DNA of 64,000 bases from contig JAKMXF010000300.1 of NCBI GenBank assembly GCA_024704765.1, positions 310,001 to 374,000 on the forward strand, in the 5' to 3' direction. The notes beneath the pieces are model-generated. The model saw nothing but the letters and a program-made list of their open reading frames with translations, ran no database searches and was not told the DNA's origin. Shown here piece by piece: positions 60,819 through 64,000 of this stretch. The DNA is from Oopsacas minuta. Taxonomy: Eukaryota; Animalia; Porifera. Position 1 is the first letter of the stretch; each line of letters begins with the position of its first letter. Made by a program: the position numbers and the translations under genes.

Positions 60819-62065
60819 CTAGAATACAATTGTACTTAGCATAGTGCCCAATGACTGAATGATATTAGAAGCTAGAGTGAGATCAACTTTCTCTTCCAGA
60901 TGCCGTTTGGGATCTTGTTTGCCAACATTCTTAATAGCGAGTTGTTCAGGAGTCATCTTATCTTCCTCTACAACAGCTTTATTATATGACTTAGCTAGTT
61001 CTAACATCTCAATTACTATCTTTTCATTATCATCAGCATGTTCTTTGAACTCAACAAGCTTCAAACCTTCCATCCAAGTTTTCTTATGTAAATTCATCAA
61101 CATTTTCTGCTCTAATTCGTTTTTCTTATAATTGATAGGCATGGAGTAGTAGTGTCTACCCAGACCATGTATAACTGCCTGTATAGACGGCTTTTGGAGA
61201 TGACCTGTAGAAATTTAAGAGAGTACAATATTTATTTATTATTAGATAATTAACAAGTAGTGTGACCTCAGTAAACTGTTGTGTCGGGAACGCAGAAAAT
61301 GCTACCATCCCATTTCCCCGTTTGTAGAGGTTTTACTATACCTATATTAGATGTAGTCTGTCTAGATTCTTGTGTAGGAGCTAGCGTAGCAGTACCAATA
61401 AGCCTGAAGGCATCAATCACTACTTTCCCTTTAACACTTTGTATAGGATCAACAACCACAGCAACAGCTCGACTAGTTAGAGCTTCAAAACTCTGTTGTG
61501 TGTTAATATCCACACCTGATAGCCAGCAGCCGAATCCGGGGTGTGAATGATACCATCCTACCACCATCTCTGGCCTACCTGTCTGTTTAAGCATGTCAAG
61601 CATTTTAGCCTGGAACACAGGGTCTACAGCCTCAACACTTACTCCTGTACCTGACTGAGGCATCGCAAACACGTCGATTACTTTAACTGTGTAGTCGTCG
61701 ACAAAATCTCCTACAACGAGACATAAAGATTAATCAGTTAATTCTGTAAGTATCAGGCAATTGAAACCCAACATAGAAAGTTCACGTGTGGATAATTACA
61801 CTTATAACTTCCGAATACAATTATATGGAATAAATTTAGAATGATGAATTGAACTCTGGTAGCAAATTACAATAAATTGGCGGAATTTCTTACCTAACAT
61901 TAGTCCCATTACCTCCATGGGTACCCCTGCTCTCCCATGCTTTAGCATCTTGAGTAGAGCTAGAGAAGATATGTAGACCTGCTCAGCTGTGTCCATAGTA
62001 GGACCATCTTGTTGAGCCCCCATCATACCAGGCATACGACGACCTAACTGAAGGAGACTTTCCAT
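60819..62065 (-). CDS. PSMD14: 26S proteasome deubiquitinase Rpn11
   Basis: [38 protein letters not shown] motif [23 protein letters not shown]. Introns 61711-61893 and 61205-61341. Confidence 0.97.
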
Positions 62066-62583
62066 TTTAGTGCTCTAATTATCAGTGAATAAATGATTAC
62101 TTAAAATTCACAAAAACAAAAATTGTTGTAAACTTGTTGTCATGGGGAAAAGTACGGTCTGTTTGATATTAGGTGACGACATCATGAATTAACGTTAAAT
62201 GCGAATTTTGAGGATTATAATTTCGTAATGAATAAATAATTGCAACACAATGTAAACATAATATATTTTTGAAAAATCATTAAAATCTTAGAATTCAATG
62301 ATACTTTCTCCAAAAACTAGCATAACACATCTGTATTATTAATCATCTCCTTACGAATGAGCAGGACCGGATATAATGGGAATGCGGTAATGATTACAAA
62401 AGTTTATAATGATGCTAACTCTAATATAGTCTATAATAGCAAAAATGTAGTAACTCAATGCCATATTGGCTCTAACTGTAGGCATAATTAGAGTACATTA
62501 TGTGGAGAGTTTGTGGTGGCAGTATATCTACGCCTAATCCTACACAGCTATTTAATCTAGAAACTACAATTACAAATAATAAT
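62066..62583. promoter_or_regulatory. Putative bidirectional promoter PSMD14 / ADF-H-Rab gene
   Basis: Head-to-head arrangement only. Confidence 0.4.
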
Positions 62584-64000
62584 ATGGCAACATCTGAGTG
62601 TTTGAAACTAGATAATGAAGTTCAAATTCATTACAGTGATATTGTAAAGGCTAAATGTGCTGCCACACCTTGGAAAATATTCACATTCGGAGAAGAGGAT
62701 CACAGTACTCTACTGTTCCTGGAGGAGGGCTCCTCCCTCAATGATTTCAAAGCCAATTTGAGTAGCGATAAAGTTCTATTCGGGCTGTTACGCATAGCAG
62801 ATAACAAACCAGCGAATTTAAAAGGAAAACTAATCTTAGTGTATTGGTGCGGACAGAATTCAGAAGCAGAATTGAGAACTGAGACTGAGCAACTATACAA
62901 GAGTAACGGAGAGGTTGTATTTAGCAAGTGTGAAAGGTTTATTTCCATTGAAAGCCTCGAGGAATTGGAAATGAAGTTAAAAGTTATACTCACCAGCAAA
63001 GAGCATAAAAGAATCGATAGTATTAAGGACAAAAATTCTACTCTCGACAATATAAGCGGTGGAAAAGGCAAGAACAAATACAAATCGAAACGTAAGGGTA
63101 AAGCTATTAGAGAGAGCAGTGTACTTGATGAAGGAAGAGATAGCATGACACCAGACAATGGTAGTGGAGATGAGTTGGTATTCCCAGCACCTACAAGTGC
63201 AAGTGAGTTTTGCTTATTTTTAGGGACTAGTATAATAATATGGCCGGTAAGGGGAAATTCGCCCCTGGTACATTTCTCCAGATCTTCACAAGATCACACC
63301 ATGAAATCTATTTTTGCAATTTTGAGCATATCAATTGGACGAATATTTTAAAATATAGCCATGCAAAGTGGTTGATGCACAAAGACGTAAGTCATTCAAA
63401 TCTATTCTGCAAATTTCCACCGAAAATGTACTGTTTGCAAGCTATGTTAATCAGGTACTAAATTTGGTAAGATAACGCGGCTACTGATAGAGCACGTAGT
63501 TATAACTGTATCTACATAATTTTCAATTATAATACACACAATGTATTCTTGTAGCTCAGAGCCCAGTCGAAGATAAACCAGAAACCAAGGGATTAAATGC
63601 ATTAGAAAGAATCTTAGCTACAGACAGTATAAGTTACGCTAATGTAGAAAAGATGAAGGTTATCATAGTAGGAGATTGTCAAGTCGGTAAGACGCATCTT
63701 CTACACACGTATGTCTATGGAAAATCTAAGAAATACCATCCACAGGTAACTGTAGGAGTAGACCATCTATACCGTGTAGTTAACACTGATATTAATAAAC
63801 CGATTAAACTTGAGTTGTGGGATACTAGCGGGGAGGAGCGATATAGAGCTTTAGCTTCTGTATGGTATAGGCATGCTGTAGGAGCTATGGTTGTATTTGA
63901 TTTGACTGATGCTGATTCTCTGGATAGTATACCAAACTGGATCGAGTCAATTAACAGGTACACAGACTGCAAAGCATACATCTTGGTAGGAAACAAGAAT
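62584..64000 (+). CDS. ADF-H (drebrin/coactosin-like) domain joined to a Rab-like small GTPase; 3'-truncated by the window
   Basis: Exon 62584-63202 encodes ADF-H (WKIFTF, KVLFGLLRI, KLILVYWCG). A phase-1 GTGAGT...TAG intron 63203-63554 leads in frame into GDCQVGKT, TVGVD, WDTSGEERY, YRHAVGAMVVFD, VGNK. Confidence 0.72.

Noticed and set aside
63245-63480. Possible transposon in the ADF-H/Rab intron (ggggaaattcgcccc hairpin)
   Set aside because: No matching terminal inverted repeat or target-site duplication found.

Overview
This is a 64 kb, AT-rich, very gene-dense eukaryotic (animal) region with about 29 protein-coding genes and short GT-AG introns, mostly 50-100 nt. I found no rRNA, tRNA or CRISPR features. 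The compact layout, many intronless genes, nested genes and metazoan gene content suggest an early-branching animal, plausibly a glass sponge (Hexactinellida); this is inference only. Gene order on + (1-47 kb): C1-PH-CNH protein, MIC19, UBE3B, OSGEP, ABCC10, cytochrome c, FNBP4, M1 aminopeptidase, RanGAP1, ankyrin PP1 regulator, a 113-aa orphan, CDK5RAP3, glutaminase-like, FBXO16, TRPA, CaMKII, TEX9. Then come CAPSL (-), DECR1 (+), a minus-strand run (PSMD14, ANKAR, SLC7A6OS, PASK, pirin), and an ADF-H/Rab gene cut by the window end. Main findings: (1) long co-oriented runs with spacers as short as 86 nt and a YAG acceptor just upstream of most start codons, suggesting polycistronic transcription resolved by spliced-leader trans-splicing; (2) two ABCC10 introns hold three complete genes, two of them (4E-T, FTSJ1) on the host strand, and an ANKAR intron holds an antisense NHL gene; (3) an intact glutaminase-like gene has lost its catalytic Ser, Lys and lid Tyr; (4) an apparent ADF-H domain-Rab GTPase fusion; (5) motif-level oddities in 4E-T, CDK5RAP3 and TRPA. 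Exon boundaries and homology calls were made by eye from remembered family motifs; no database searches were run.
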